From: a bacterium
GTDB taxonomy: Bacteria > Electryoneota > JAOADG01
NCBI GenBank assembly: GCA_963681965.1
Contig: OY820579.1
Location: 3,968,001-4,032,000 of the forward strand
Length of the DNA: 64,000 nt
Reading direction: 5' to 3'
Part shown: piece by piece, positions 38,387 to 48,785 of the stretch
How the letters are laid out: each line of letters starts with the position of its first letter
Numbering within the stretch: position 1 is the stretch's first letter
Notes under the pieces: generated by a model
What the model saw: only the letters and a program-made list of their open reading frames with translations
The model's database searches: none
Told to the model about the DNA's origin: nothing
Made by a program: the position numbers and the translations under genes

Positions 38387-39712
38387 ATGAAGTTAGCCGT
38401 TGTCGGTACCGGATATGTCGGTCTTGTTGCCGGTGCATGCTTAGCCGAGACCGGTCACACCGTCATTTGCGTCGACAAAGACCAGTCGAAAATCGATATT
38501 CTGCTGAAAGGCGAACTCCCAATCTACGAACCGGGTCTGCTGGAAATCGTCGAACATGCCGTGAAAAAAGAACGCTTGATTTTTTCGACCGATCTACCGA
38601 GTGCTGTCCGCGAATCGCAAGTCATCTTTATCGCCGTCGGAACGCCATCGGATGAAGACGGTTCCGCCGATCTGCAACACGTTCTCGCAGTTGCAAAAGA
38701 AATCGGTACTTCGATGAACGGTTACAAAGTAATCGTCGACAAGTCAACGGTACCAGTCGGTACGGCTTTGAAAGTACACGCCGAAGTCGCGAAATATACC
38801 CAACACGAATTCGACGTCGTATCCAATCCCGAATTCTTGAAAGAAGGCGCAGCCGTAGAAGACTTTTTACGTCCCGATCGCGTAGTGATCGGTGCCGACA
38901 GCGACCGTGCCCGCGAAGTCATGCAGGATCTGTATGCACCATTCGTACGACAGGGTCATCCGGTCATGGTGATGGATGTTAAATCTGCCGAAGTGACGAA
39001 ATATTCCGCCAATGCGTTCCTCGCCGTGAAAATTTCGTTCATCAACGAACTAGCGAATTTCTGCGAAGAAGTTGGTGCCGACGTGACCAAAGTGCGGATT
39101 GGTATGGGCAGCGATCGTCGAATTGGTACCGCGTTCCTTTATCCCGGTGTCGGTTATGGCGGATCGTGCTTCCCGAAGGATGTCAAAGCATTGCTCAAGA
39201 CTGCCCGCGACAACAACATGCCGTTGAAAGTCGTGGAAGCCGCCTCTAACGTCAACTACGAACAACGTCATCGTTTTCTCGCGAAGATCTACAAGCATTT
39301 CGGCGAAGATCTGACCGGTAAGCGATTCGCAATGTGGGGCTTGTCGTTCAAACCGCGTACCGACGATATGCGTGAAGCGCCAGCTTTGACGATTATCGAT
39401 GAACTGACCAATCGTGGTGCACAAATCGACGCCTACGATCCAGTTGCCTTGGAAGAAGCCGCTCGTCGATTGACCAATCACCCCCATCGCAACCAAGTGA
39501 ATTTGTGCGAAAATCAGTACGACGCACTGAAGGGCGCCGACGCATTGTTGGTCATCACCGAATGGAACGATTTCCGCGATCCCGATTTCGATCGAATGAA
39601 AGAGTTGCTGAAGACTCCGCAAATCATTTTCGACGGTCGCAATCTTTGGGAAGCCAGTAAGATTCGTCCCTACGGCTTTAAGTACATTTCGATCGGTCGC
39701 GCTGCGATCTAA
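38387..39712 (+). CDS. ugd: UDP-glucose 6-dehydrogenase
   Basis: GTGYVG, KSTVPVGT, SNPEFLKEG, GYGGSCFPKD, FKPRTDDMRE, DGRN. Confidence 0.92.
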   Translation: MKLAVVGTGYVGLVAGACLAETGHTVICVDKDQSKIDILLKGELPIYEPGLLEIVEHAVKKERLIFSTDLPSAVRESQVIFIAVGTPSDEDGSADLQHVLAVAKEIGTSMNGYKVIVDKSTVPVGTALKVHAEVAKYTQHEFDVVSNPEFLKEGAAVEDFLRPDRVVIGADSDRAREVMQDLYAPFVRQGHPVMVMDVKSAEVTKYSANAFLAVKISFINELANFCEEVGADVTKVRIGMGSDRRIGTAFLYPGVGYGGSCFPKDVKALLKTARDNNMPLKVVEAASNVNYEQRHRFLAKIYKHFGEDLTGKRFAMWGLSFKPRTDDMREAPALTIIDELTNRGAQIDAYDPVALEEAARRLTNHPHRNQVNLCENQYDALKGADALLVITEWNDFRDPDFDRMKELLKTPQIIFDGRNLWEASKIRPYGFKYISIGRAAI

Positions 39713-39728
39713 CTAGAGATGCTTCGAT

Positions 39729-39764
39729 AAAAAAACACCCCCGGTTTCGGGGGTGTTTTTTTTT
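39729..39764. terminator. Bidirectional intrinsic terminator after ugd
   Basis: A7-CACCCCCG-gttt-CGGGGGTG-T9. Confidence 0.88.
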
Positions 39765-39772
39765 AACGAGGT

Positions 39773-39874
39773 TCTTAAAAAATAAGTTGTCACGATTCGG
39801 TGTCAAGCCTTGCCTGACCTGCGGGCGGACGCGGGGGTCCGCCCCTACTAACGATAACAGCTTATTTTCAAGAG
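39773..39874. repeat. TIR-bounded, REP-containing dispersed element, copy B
   Basis: TCTTAAAAAATAAGTTGTCA...TAACAGCTTATTTTCAAGA; internal GGGCGGAC...GTCCGCCCCTAC hairpin; colinear with the reverse complement of copy C. Confidence 0.82.
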
Positions 39875-39887
39875 ATATTGATACTTA

Positions 39888-39912
39888 TCGGGCGGATTAA
39901 TCATCCGCCCGA
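39888..39912 (-). terminator. Hairpin just after the stop of the giant C25 gene
   Basis: TCGGGCGGAT-taatc-ATCCGCCCGA; weak U-tract. Confidence 0.5.
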
Positions 39913-39923
39913 AAGATACTTAT

Positions 39924-42900
39924 TTACTTTTGGAAATTATTACGCTGCGATTCCGCACGTGGTAATCCGGTTGATGAATGCGAAGCAGTACCGAGATCGA
40001 TGATTTCGACAATTACTCTCCCGGTACCTTTTACGGTAATACCATCGTTTCGTCGAATACTACGATCCACGTTACCTTTTTCATCGACCGTTACCGATGC
40101 ATTGACATTGATCGGCAGAATCGAAAGTGTCGGCGCGACCGAACCGCGATTCGCATCGGAAACGATTCTGCCATGACCTCGTCGGATCTGACGTACTGAC
40201 GGACTTACCGTAGTCTTGCGCTGAGTTGTCGGTATTACTTTCGGCACACTGCGGGAAACAGCGGTTACCGGAGAGATCGACAAATCGGTGCTTCCGCGGT
40301 TCTCACCCTCGGCATGTACCGAACTCGTCGAAGCGCTGCTCGAATTAATCGAGATGTGATGATACGCTGTAATACGATAATACTTGGCTGGCAACGACGA
40401 CGTATCGGTCCAAGAGGTCGATTCATTTCCAATTGTCGCAACCAAATTCGATTTACTCACAGTATCGATCGCAAAGTAACCGGTTGTTCCACGATAGACC
40501 TCATACCCGTCGAAGGTTCCGGCAGCTGCCGACCAGCTTAAAACCGATTGACGATTGTCGAGAACAATTTGCAAATTCGATGGTGAGCTGAACGGTTCAA
40601 TACCAAATCCGGATACCACGAAAGTAAATGGATTGCGTAATAAATCGTTGTTCTCAATCGAAATCGTGCCCGACGACAATCCTGCCGATGTTGGCGTGAA
40701 TCGAATGACGAAGATCGACAAACTTCCGCCGGCAATCACGGAATCGGGTTGGGTTTGAACAGAATAAGAACCAGTCGCAGTTACACGTGGCGAACCAGTT
40801 AACTGTAGCGGCGATTCACCATAATTGTAAATCTTGTATGAGATGTCGCGATACAATCCTACGAAGGTGGTATCGGTCGGAACCGACCCGCCATTTGCGA
40901 TCGCGATCAATCCTCGTCGTAATCCAATTACAGGCGCAGAAGTATTCCCCATTACTTGGAACGTGAATGGCGTATTCAACAGATCAGAACTCGGAATGAC
41001 AACTGTTCCGTACGAGACACCGTACACTGACGGTGTAAAGCGAATCGTGAACGTCGTACTTTCTCCCGGTTGAAGGATACTGGCAGATGGATACGAAGCG
41101 ATCGCAAAATCACCGGTAACAGTAACTGCCGGCGATCCCGTTAAATTCAACTCGAAATCACCGGTATTGCTGATAGTGAAGATCTCATCGACACTGTGAC
41201 CCAACGCGGTAGAATCGACAGCGACCGTCGATTCCGACGGAATTGGTACGCCACCGATCGACAGCGAGATTTGCGGGGAAAGTGCAATACAGGTCACACC
41301 AAATTCAAACGGAGAATTCAATGAATCCGAACAATTGAAACTGATTGTTCCCGATGATATACCTGCTACAGTGGGTGTAAAATGGACGTAGAATTCTGTC
41401 AGTTCACCAGGATTGACGGTATTCGCCGGTTGCAGGGAGATAGTGAAATTACCCGTCGTCGTGACAATTGGACTACCACTCAGATCCAAATGATGGTTGC
41501 CGATATTGCGAATATAGATCGGTAACTCGATCGTTTCACCGAGCAACGTCGTATCGAAAGAAACAGTTGAAAGATGATTGACAATCGTTTGCGACCCGTA
41601 CAAGACTTCAACGACCGGCGTCGCGACATATGCCGAGAGATTGAAAGTATAAGTCGGATTGAGCGTATCGTTACTAGCGATTGTCACCGATCCGGTGGCG
41701 GCACCCATCTCAGTAGGTGTAAATCGAACAACGAAATTGGCGCTTCCATTCGCACTAATCGGCGAAGTCGGTTGCGTAACCACCGAGAAGTTACCGGTCG
41801 TATGAACGGCGGGAGTTCCGGTGAGATTCAACGGCATATTACCAGTATTTCTAATCGACAAGGTAACATCGATCGGACGCCAAATCTGAGTCGTATCGAA
41901 TACCACCCGACCAGTGGATGTCGGTACTTCGGTTGTTCCCGAATACACTTCAATCGATGGTGCTCGCACATACCCCGTGACATTAAATGTATAAGGATTA
42001 TGCGTCGAATCGCTGTTAGCGATAGTAACCGTACCCGAGATATCACCCAATGCCGGCGGTGTAAACCGGATTGTCATAGTGGTACTTCCTCCGGCAACGA
42101 TCGAGGTCGTCGGTAAAGAAGTAATCCGGTATCCCGTTGGCACTGTTACTAGCGGTGTACCCGTTAAATTCAAGGTTCGGTTACCGGTGTTGAAAATCGA
42201 GAAAGTCAAATCGACATTTCGCAAAAACGTGGTTGTGTCGTAGACGACAGTTGACGATCCACTCGGAATTGCCGTTGCTCCAAGGCGCACTGCCATTACC
42301 GGTGCGGCAACATAACCCGCAAGAGTGAATGTAAACGGAGACCGAAGCGAGTCGTTGCTCAAAATTGTCGCTGTACCGTAGTTCATTCCGATGGTAGTTG
42401 GGGTAAATCGCAGAATAAATGTCGACGATCCCGCTGCTGCGATATTGATGGCAGGACGCGTAAACAGCGAGAAGTTGCCAGTAGTCGACACCAGCGGATT
42501 CCCGGTCATAGTCAATGTTTGATTACCGCCATTGAACAGACTGAGTGGCAAATCTACTGAGTGCGATAACGAAGTGGTATCGAACAGTGCTGTATCGTTT
42601 CGAGCGATATTCAGCGCGCCATCGCGCACAGAAATTTGAGGACCGTTGGCGAATCCGGTCAAATTAATCTGATACGGACTGTGCAGTGTATCGGTATTGA
42701 GAATTGATAAGGTTCCAGAATTGATTCCTGTCAATCCCGGAGTAAAGCGTACAGTAAATGTAGTCGTTCCTCCAACCGCGATCGTTGTTGCCGGTTGCGT
42801 CACTACCGAGAAACTGCCAGTTGTCGTGACAATCGGGGTTCCAGTTAAATTGAGTGCGAAATTACCGGTATTGGCAATAGTAAGTACCTGATCGACACTC

Positions 42901-45900
42901 CGTCCGACATTACAAGTATCGAAGGTCACGGTACCTGATCCCGAAGCGATATCGGTCGTTCCACGACGTATGACCATATTCGGATTTCGACCAAATCCAG
43001 TCAAAGCGAAATTGTACGGATTCTTCGTCGCATCGTTGTTCGCAATCGAAATCGTACCGGTCTTTGCACCGGCAGATTGGGGTGAGAATCGAACAGTGAA
43101 GGTAGTACTACCGTTCACAGCCACGGGTGTAGTCGGTTGCGAGGTCACGGTGAAGTCACCAGTAGTTGCGACAATTGGAGTGCCTGTCAAGTTGAGGACT
43201 CCCGGACCGGCATTCGAAATCGTGAAAACGACATCGCTGTTTTGCATCACCCGAGTGGTATCGAAGGCAGTCGTTCCGGTATTATCGGCAATCGTTACCG
43301 TTCCTCGTTTGACCGTCATACTCGGTAATGGACTCACACGCATGGTCATCGGAACATTGTAGGGGGAATTCGATGCGTTACCGGTAAACGTTAACGTACC
43401 TACCGATGAATCACCTGTGACTCGATTGCGACCATCGAATAGCATCGAGAATGCTTGATTCGATCGACTTGGAATCGTGAAACTGGTTGTACTGGGTATC
43501 GCCCACTGAGCCGCATTCTGGAACCGAATAGCATAATTCGAAGACGGGAATGCCGCATTGTAATTCACTTGGATATACTGCGATCGATCGGCATTCTGTA
43601 CACCAATCGTTTGGCTATTTCTCGTCAAACTGGTGATCGTGCCGTATTCAAAGAAAATACGACCGTCGTTATAGAGGATAACCTCGAATGTGGCGTAAAT
43701 CGTTCCTGCGGCAGAACCGACTCGAACACCATTCCAAGCAAAAATTGCTCGATTGTTCGTTGGATCCATCAATATTTTTGTAGTGGCGGTACCATTGACG
43801 TATAAATCATCGAAATAAGGTGCAATGATCGACATAATGTTACTGTACGATCCCGCAATCGGAAAAGCGGTATTGTTGTAATCGGTAGCAGTTGTCGAAT
43901 TGAACGTTATCCAACCGTTCGTACACATCCATACCTGATTGTAAGTAGTACCATAAAATGGGAATGAGAACGGCAGCGTAAATGGACCCGAGATTGCATC
44001 GTCACCAATCGGTCCGTCAGTTCCCGTTGAGGCGTCCACCCATGAATAAGTCGGACCACCGGTTTGTGCCGAGGTAGTATATCCGAATGTTCCAAGGTAA
44101 CTACTTGAAGTCAGAGTACCGGAGAATGCTGCATCCCCGGTATTCGACAATGTGTACGTAACACGCGTCGTATCGCTGGGCGCAACATACTGAACAATCG
44201 GATTCGTCGACAAACTAATCGTTGCTGGACCGGAAACAGTGAAATTGGCATTCGAAGTATCGCCGACTGTCGGAATTAAATCGGACATCACGCGAATTCG
44301 CGCGGTCGATGACGATGGCGATGTTGGAATCCAACCGACCGTGCCGGTATTCGAAATACCTGAGAATAGTGTTTCCCAGACTCCCGAAGGGTAACTACGA
44401 TTCAATTGAACGGTAACAGTACCCGTAACCATCGAAGAAGCCCAATTGATATTGAGTGGCGTAACTCCTGACCAAGTTTCACCGCCGTTGGGTGATGACA
44501 TGATCAGTCGTGGAGATCCGATGATTGCATTGCCTTTCATCGTATCGCCTTCTGCACCGGATGGCGAGGTTACGCGGAAACGAGCCGTGTTGGAAGTTGG
44601 TGCAGTGATTGTCCAATTGATCGCTCCAGTATTCGGAGTATTGATCAGAATCCGTTCCCACGATCCTGATGGGTAACTGCGATTCAAATCGATGTTCACA
44701 TTGCTGGTGCCGAGACGACCACGCCACTGCAGCAGTGTACTCTTACCGATAGCAAGTGAATCGCCACTGACCGGTGATAGGAAATGGAACGCCGAGTCGA
44801 TTGGTGCGGTGGTTATTAACATCGCGTGATTCGATCCGGTTCCGGTCGGAATGCTACTGCTACCTGATGAGTAAGTATTCCACCAGCAATATTCCAATCC
44901 CCGGGTGTACGTACCGTCGCAGATTCCGATCGTACAGTAACTAACACCGGTTTCTCCTCCCGAGTAGACTGTCGGATTGAAGGTCTTATACTGCAATAGC
45001 ATTGGTGCATCGCCAGTCGGAGTCTGGTAATAATGCGAATCGTAGATAATGATCTGACACTCGTTCGCAGTCGGCGTCCAGAGTGTCGTGGTTTTCCAAG
45101 TAATAATGAACCGATGATTGGTCACATCCGAATAAGTATACACTCCCTCATTGGTTCCGGAATTCGTCATATCGCACCAATTCACTGCGACCATATTCCG
45201 TGGACCTTCGAAGGTCGGCAGTCGCCAGTTGCGCGAGAAATTAAAATTCGCTTGCGATCCGAACGCCAACCAATCGTTCGTACAGATTGTCACATTTGAA
45301 AAGTCGGTACCGTAGTATTTCACACCAAACGGTAGATTTACTACCACCGAAGAGTCGGTGTACTCATTGATATCGTTCATTCCCAAGCGCGTACCGGGAC
45401 CACCAAGCGCCGGAATAATTTCCACCCAACTATAGGTCGGAGCATTCGCGTAATTCAAATCGGCATCGTCGTAGATGTAATAACCGTATGCATCCGGACC
45501 AGTAGGATCGGTGGCACGTTTCGAACCGACTGTAACGTTGAATGTGATCGTATCGTAAACCGATCCGTTGGAAAATACTGCCATAAATGGTACTTGAGTT
45601 CCCGGCAGCACTTGTGAGTTGGCAAAGATCGTCCATGGCGAACTGGCATTGTTGACGTTTACTTCGATGGGTAGTGTCGCATATTGACTAGTAGCGCTCG
45701 TGACCGACACACCACTCAGCAGCGAAGTCAAAATCGCCGTGGTCGGTGTCGTTATCGCCAGACCGCTGTCGTTGTCCACCGTTACAGTTAATTGCACCGA
45801 TGTGCCGGGGATCCAAGTGCTCGAGGTAGTTGAAGAGATGTAACTCAAATCGAGCGATCGAACGATCAATGGGACGGTCACCGTACGTGACCCTTGATCG

Positions 45901-48299
45901 GTGACAATGTCCAATTGCATCGGAATCGTGTCGCAATCCTTCAATCCGCTCAACAATTGTAATCGGTACGGGGCGTTGCTTGCGATCGTGCTATTGCTAG
46001 CGATTGCCACCCACGATTGCAACGGATTGGTAACAACTACTCGCGAATCGGTACTGGTTAACGTTCCTCGAACGTTGGTGGCAGACGTTGTACCACGGTT
46101 GATTAGCGATACTGTCAGGTCTAGAGTTTCACCCGGATTGGCAATACCATCCAGGTTTCCAATACGTCCACTGTTGTTATCGTCGGCAATCGTAGTCGAT
46201 GCGAAACAGAGATCCGTGGAAGCTTGAGTGATTGCAATTGTATCGATGATTGGAATGACGTTCAGACCGACTTTATTGCCGGTAATCGTAACAAACATAC
46301 TTCCAGAGGTAACATTCGATAAGGTCAGTAATACATTTCCATTCGAAGTCGTCATATACCGATCGTAGGTTTCATATACGCCACTGACATTCTTTTTCCA
46401 AGCAGTGACCAATGCGCCTTCGAGTGGGGTTGTTCCTTGAAGTACTTGGAACGACAACCGGTTCTGTCCGATCGCAAGTGTTTGTGGAATATTAGCAGTA
46501 ATTGCCCGAGGAACCCCAGTCCAAATATTGACGGAAAGATCACCCATTGCATTGTTCCAAAAGATAAAATTAGAACGATTTGGTTCATCCGAAGCCGGGT
46601 AATTCCGCCACATTTGATACTTGCCTTCGTAATACATCGGTCCAGGCTGTCGCAAGTTTTTTACGCCGAAACCGTAGAAAGTTCCTGCCGAAATAACATT
46701 ATTGTGTCCGGGATTGGTACCAGTTGTAGAGGTTGCGAAGCCAGTGATTGCACCACGCGGTTGCGTCGGCGTTCCTAATTTGGTGATACCTTCCTGAAGT
46801 CCGTTCGTCGCACCATACCAGTCACCGGATCCACACGTCACATTCAACGAGATAAAAGGTTTGTTGTAATTATTGATATTGGTAAAATCGCTTGTCGACA
46901 TTTCGCCAACCCACGATTCGCGATTCGCCCAAAAAATAGCACCGGGGGTTAATCGGCTGGCAATCAGCGTTGCACTGAATGGAGTTCCGGTACTGTTATA
47001 CTCGTCATATACGGTATTAGTGATACCACGGGCATTCATCATCGAAAGGCAGTAGCGGACATTCGGACGATTGGAATACACATCGTGATTCGTTCCAGCG
47101 TAACCCCATCCATAAGTATACCATGTGGTATCCGAACCGGTAGAACCCATGTAGGGTGTTCGTTCGTAATTCATCGATTTATTGATTTGAGTCTGCAATT
47201 CCTGTGCGGTGGTGCAGCTAACGCGACCGACCCATGCGTCGGCAATCGTATCATTTCCGGCGATCATCGCAAACCCGTGATCGCTGGCAGTATTCCAAGT
47301 ACTCAACGTATAGGAGGGAAGATAATAGTCACCGGAAGTACCACCATCACCGATCAGTAGGACTGTTTCAAGAGGTGGATCCCAAGTATTGTATGCCGTG
47401 TTAATGATTGGCTGAAGATCAGAGGTCGCGGAACCGGTGCCATTCGGAACGATAATCTGGCAGGGACGACCCGAAGCAGTTTTCCAATTTGCCCACGGTT
47501 GCAATGTTGCAACTAGATTGGTGCGAGCGATCATCAGGATTTGACCGGGCAATGCGCGTTGCGATTCATTCTGGAGATCTTCCGCGCCGATGATATCGCT
47601 ATATATTGCCGCAAAACTTGGAACCGCATGGGATCGGGTTGTTAACAATTCATTGATACCCATACCACCGGTGGGAACGCTTTCGATTTGAATCGACTTG
47701 TACACCCGCAAGATTTTGCGTACCGGATTATATTGAACCGGTAGAACGCCTAATACCGATGTTCGCGCATCGCGAATCAGTGCAGGTGTAGATAACCACG
47801 CGAGATGTTCGGGAAACCACGCATCGGTTTTGTATTGCGTTTCGTCAAAAGAGAATTCCTCCGGAACCAGCGTGTTTCCCTTCTTCACCAGATTTGTCGA
47901 TTGCTGTGGCATGATATCCACATTGTAATATTCGACAAAGTCGCCCGGAGTGACTTTTAATTCTACATTGCCCCGATTCGGTAAGCGGATGGCACGCGGA
48001 ATCATTGGCAATGCCGGCTTGCCAACTTCCCATAGACGCGATTCACCATCGATCGTCACCAATGTCCATTCGCGATTATTGGCGGAAACCTGTTCCATCT
48101 TGATCGCCGGATCGCGAAAGGCGATTTGGAGGTGCCCGATACCGAATTCTTTATGATCGACTGTTACATTCTGATCGGTTGGGATACCGGATATCGCATC
48201 GTCGACCGGTTCCCAAGGGCGAGCGGCAAAAAGTTGAGTCGTAACTAGTAGCATAAAAATGGCGATAGTTGCCATTCGAGCATTGCGGAAAAAAGTCAT
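39924..48299 (-). CDS. Giant secreted C25 (gingipain)-like protein with 8 choice-of-anchor-D (ASH-like Ig) repeats and an FN3-like domain; no T9SS type-A CTD
   Basis: Signal peptide; colinear with 7042..12288 over most of that protein's length (GKPALP, PVQYNP, DPTGPDAYGY); eight ~113-aa NxG..L.LTG.P...RF.P repeats; GGAG RBS. Confidence 0.82.
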   Translation of the reverse strand: MTFFRNARMATIAIFMLLVTTQLFAARPWEPVDDAISGIPTDQNVTVDHKEFGIGHLQIAFRDPAIKMEQVSANNREWTLVTIDGESRLWEVGKPALPMIPRAIRLPNRGNVELKVTPGDFVEYYNVDIMPQQSTNLVKKGNTLVPEEFSFDETQYKTDAWFPEHLAWLSTPALIRDARTSVLGVLPVQYNPVRKILRVYKSIQIESVPTGGMGINELLTTRSHAVPSFAAIYSDIIGAEDLQNESQRALPGQILMIARTNLVATLQPWANWKTASGRPCQIIVPNGTGSATSDLQPIINTAYNTWDPPLETVLLIGDGGTSGDYYLPSYTLSTWNTASDHGFAMIAGNDTIADAWVGRVSCTTAQELQTQINKSMNYERTPYMGSTGSDTTWYTYGWGYAGTNHDVYSNRPNVRYCLSMMNARGITNTVYDEYNSTGTPFSATLIASRLTPGAIFWANRESWVGEMSTSDFTNINNYNKPFISLNVTCGSGDWYGATNGLQEGITKLGTPTQPRGAITGFATSTTGTNPGHNNVISAGTFYGFGVKNLRQPGPMYYEGKYQMWRNYPASDEPNRSNFIFWNNAMGDLSVNIWTGVPRAITANIPQTLAIGQNRLSFQVLQGTTPLEGALVTAWKKNVSGVYETYDRYMTTSNGNVLLTLSNVTSGSMFVTITGNKVGLNVIPIIDTIAITQASTDLCFASTTIADDNNSGRIGNLDGIANPGETLDLTVSLINRGTTSATNVRGTLTSTDSRVVVTNPLQSWVAIASNSTIASNAPYRLQLLSGLKDCDTIPMQLDIVTDQGSRTVTVPLIVRSLDLSYISSTTSSTWIPGTSVQLTVTVDNDSGLAITTPTTAILTSLLSGVSVTSATSQYATLPIEVNVNNASSPWTIFANSQVLPGTQVPFMAVFSNGSVYDTITFNVTVGSKRATDPTGPDAYGYYIYDDADLNYANAPTYSWVEIIPALGGPGTRLGMNDINEYTDSSVVVNLPFGVKYYGTDFSNVTICTNDWLAFGSQANFNFSRNWRLPTFEGPRNMVAVNWCDMTNSGTNEGVYTYSDVTNHRFIITWKTTTLWTPTANECQIIIYDSHYYQTPTGDAPMLLQYKTFNPTVYSGGETGVSYCTIGICDGTYTRGLEYCWWNTYSSGSSSIPTGTGSNHAMLITTAPIDSAFHFLSPVSGDSLAIGKSTLLQWRGRLGTSNVNIDLNRSYPSGSWERILINTPNTGAINWTITAPTSNTARFRVTSPSGAEGDTMKGNAIIGSPRLIMSSPNGGETWSGVTPLNINWASSMVTGTVTVQLNRSYPSGVWETLFSGISNTGTVGWIPTSPSSSTARIRVMSDLIPTVGDTSNANFTVSGPATISLSTNPIVQYVAPSDTTRVTYTLSNTGDAAFSGTLTSSSYLGTFGYTTSAQTGGPTYSWVDASTGTDGPIGDDAISGPFTLPFSFPFYGTTYNQVWMCTNGWITFNSTTATDYNNTAFPIAGSYSNIMSIIAPYFDDLYVNGTATTKILMDPTNNRAIFAWNGVRVGSAAGTIYATFEVILYNDGRIFFEYGTITSLTRNSQTIGVQNADRSQYIQVNYNAAFPSSNYAIRFQNAAQWAIPSTTSFTIPSRSNQAFSMLFDGRNRVTGDSSVGTLTFTGNASNSPYNVPMTMRVSPLPSMTVKRGTVTIADNTGTTAFDTTRVMQNSDVVFTISNAGPGVLNLTGTPIVATTGDFTVTSQPTTPVAVNGSTTFTVRFSPQSAGAKTGTISIANNDATKNPYNFALTGFGRNPNMVIRRGTTDIASGSGTVTFDTCNVGRSVDQVLTIANTGNFALNLTGTPIVTTTGSFSVVTQPATTIAVGGTTTFTVRFTPGLTGINSGTLSILNTDTLHSPYQINLTGFANGPQISVRDGALNIARNDTALFDTTSLSHSVDLPLSLFNGGNQTLTMTGNPLVSTTGNFSLFTRPAINIAAAGSSTFILRFTPTTIGMNYGTATILSNDSLRSPFTFTLAGYVAAPVMAVRLGATAIPSGSSTVVYDTTTFLRNVDLTFSIFNTGNRTLNLTGTPLVTVPTGYRITSLPTTSIVAGGSTTMTIRFTPPALGDISGTVTIANSDSTHNPYTFNVTGYVRAPSIEVYSGTTEVPTSTGRVVFDTTQIWRPIDVTLSIRNTGNMPLNLTGTPAVHTTGNFSVVTQPTSPISANGSANFVVRFTPTEMGAATGSVTIASNDTLNPTYTFNLSAYVATPVVEVLYGSQTIVNHLSTVSFDTTLLGETIELPIYIRNIGNHHLDLSGSPIVTTTGNFTISLQPANTVNPGELTEFYVHFTPTVAGISSGTISFNCSDSLNSPFEFGVTCIALSPQISLSIGGVPIPSESTVAVDSTALGHSVDEIFTISNTGDFELNLTGSPAVTVTGDFAIASYPSASILQPGESTTFTIRFTPSVYGVSYGTVVIPSSDLLNTPFTFQVMGNTSAPVIGLRRGLIAIANGGSVPTDTTFVGLYRDISYKIYNYGESPLQLTGSPRVTATGSYSVQTQPDSVIAGGSLSIFVIRFTPTSAGLSSGTISIENNDLLRNPFTFVVSGFGIEPFSSPSNLQIVLDNRQSVLSWSAAAGTFDGYEVYRGTTGYFAIDTVSKSNLVATIGNESTSWTDTSSLPAKYYRITAYHHISINSSSASTSSVHAEGENRGSTDLSISPVTAVSRSVPKVIPTTQRKTTVSPSVRQIRRGHGRIVSDANRGSVAPTLSILPINVNASVTVDEKGNVDRSIRRNDGITVKGTGRVIVEIIDLGTASHSSTGLPRAESQRNNFQK
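40600..43330 (-). repeat. Eight tandem intragenic ~340-bp Ig-like domain repeats (diverged)
   Basis: Counted in the translation; each has a DT/DS..., NxG..L.LTG.P, RFTP and NP(Y/F).F-like pattern. Confidence 0.8.
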
Positions 48300-48785
48300 A
48301 GAGATCTCCTGTACAAACGTTCACTGCTTCGTCAGTCCTTAACGAAATTGAAGATCTCGAGAAATTGATATGCTGATATCGATACGGCGAGAATCAGCCA
48401 GCTTTAAAATCAATGCTGCAATTCACGAGAGGAGACAAGACGATGTTTTTGTTATAGTTCTATAACTCAAACAATGTAAAGTAAGGTCTGTCAAATGCTC
48501 AGACAAATAGACTACTACTCGCGTTTAATATGTGATCTAGACCCTGTTTGAATTGAAATATTGCATTTATTCCATCATAATTATTATAAATACTGAACAT
48601 AAACCTATATCAATGACACCATCGAAATGGATTTTCGTGACGATTATTTATGTAATAAAATCATCTTTACAATAAACCCTATAGAACGGTTTGAAACCAA
48701 TTATTTTGTTCTTTCAGTGAAGCAGTTATATTGAATCTAATCTTCTTCGTTTAACTGACTTGGGTATTTTTCTGGTTTTCTCGCC

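Noticed and set aside
48300-48785. AT-rich intergenic region as an ncRNA or CRP site
   Set aside because: Only a TGTGA half-site and no convincing structure; consistent with divergent promoters
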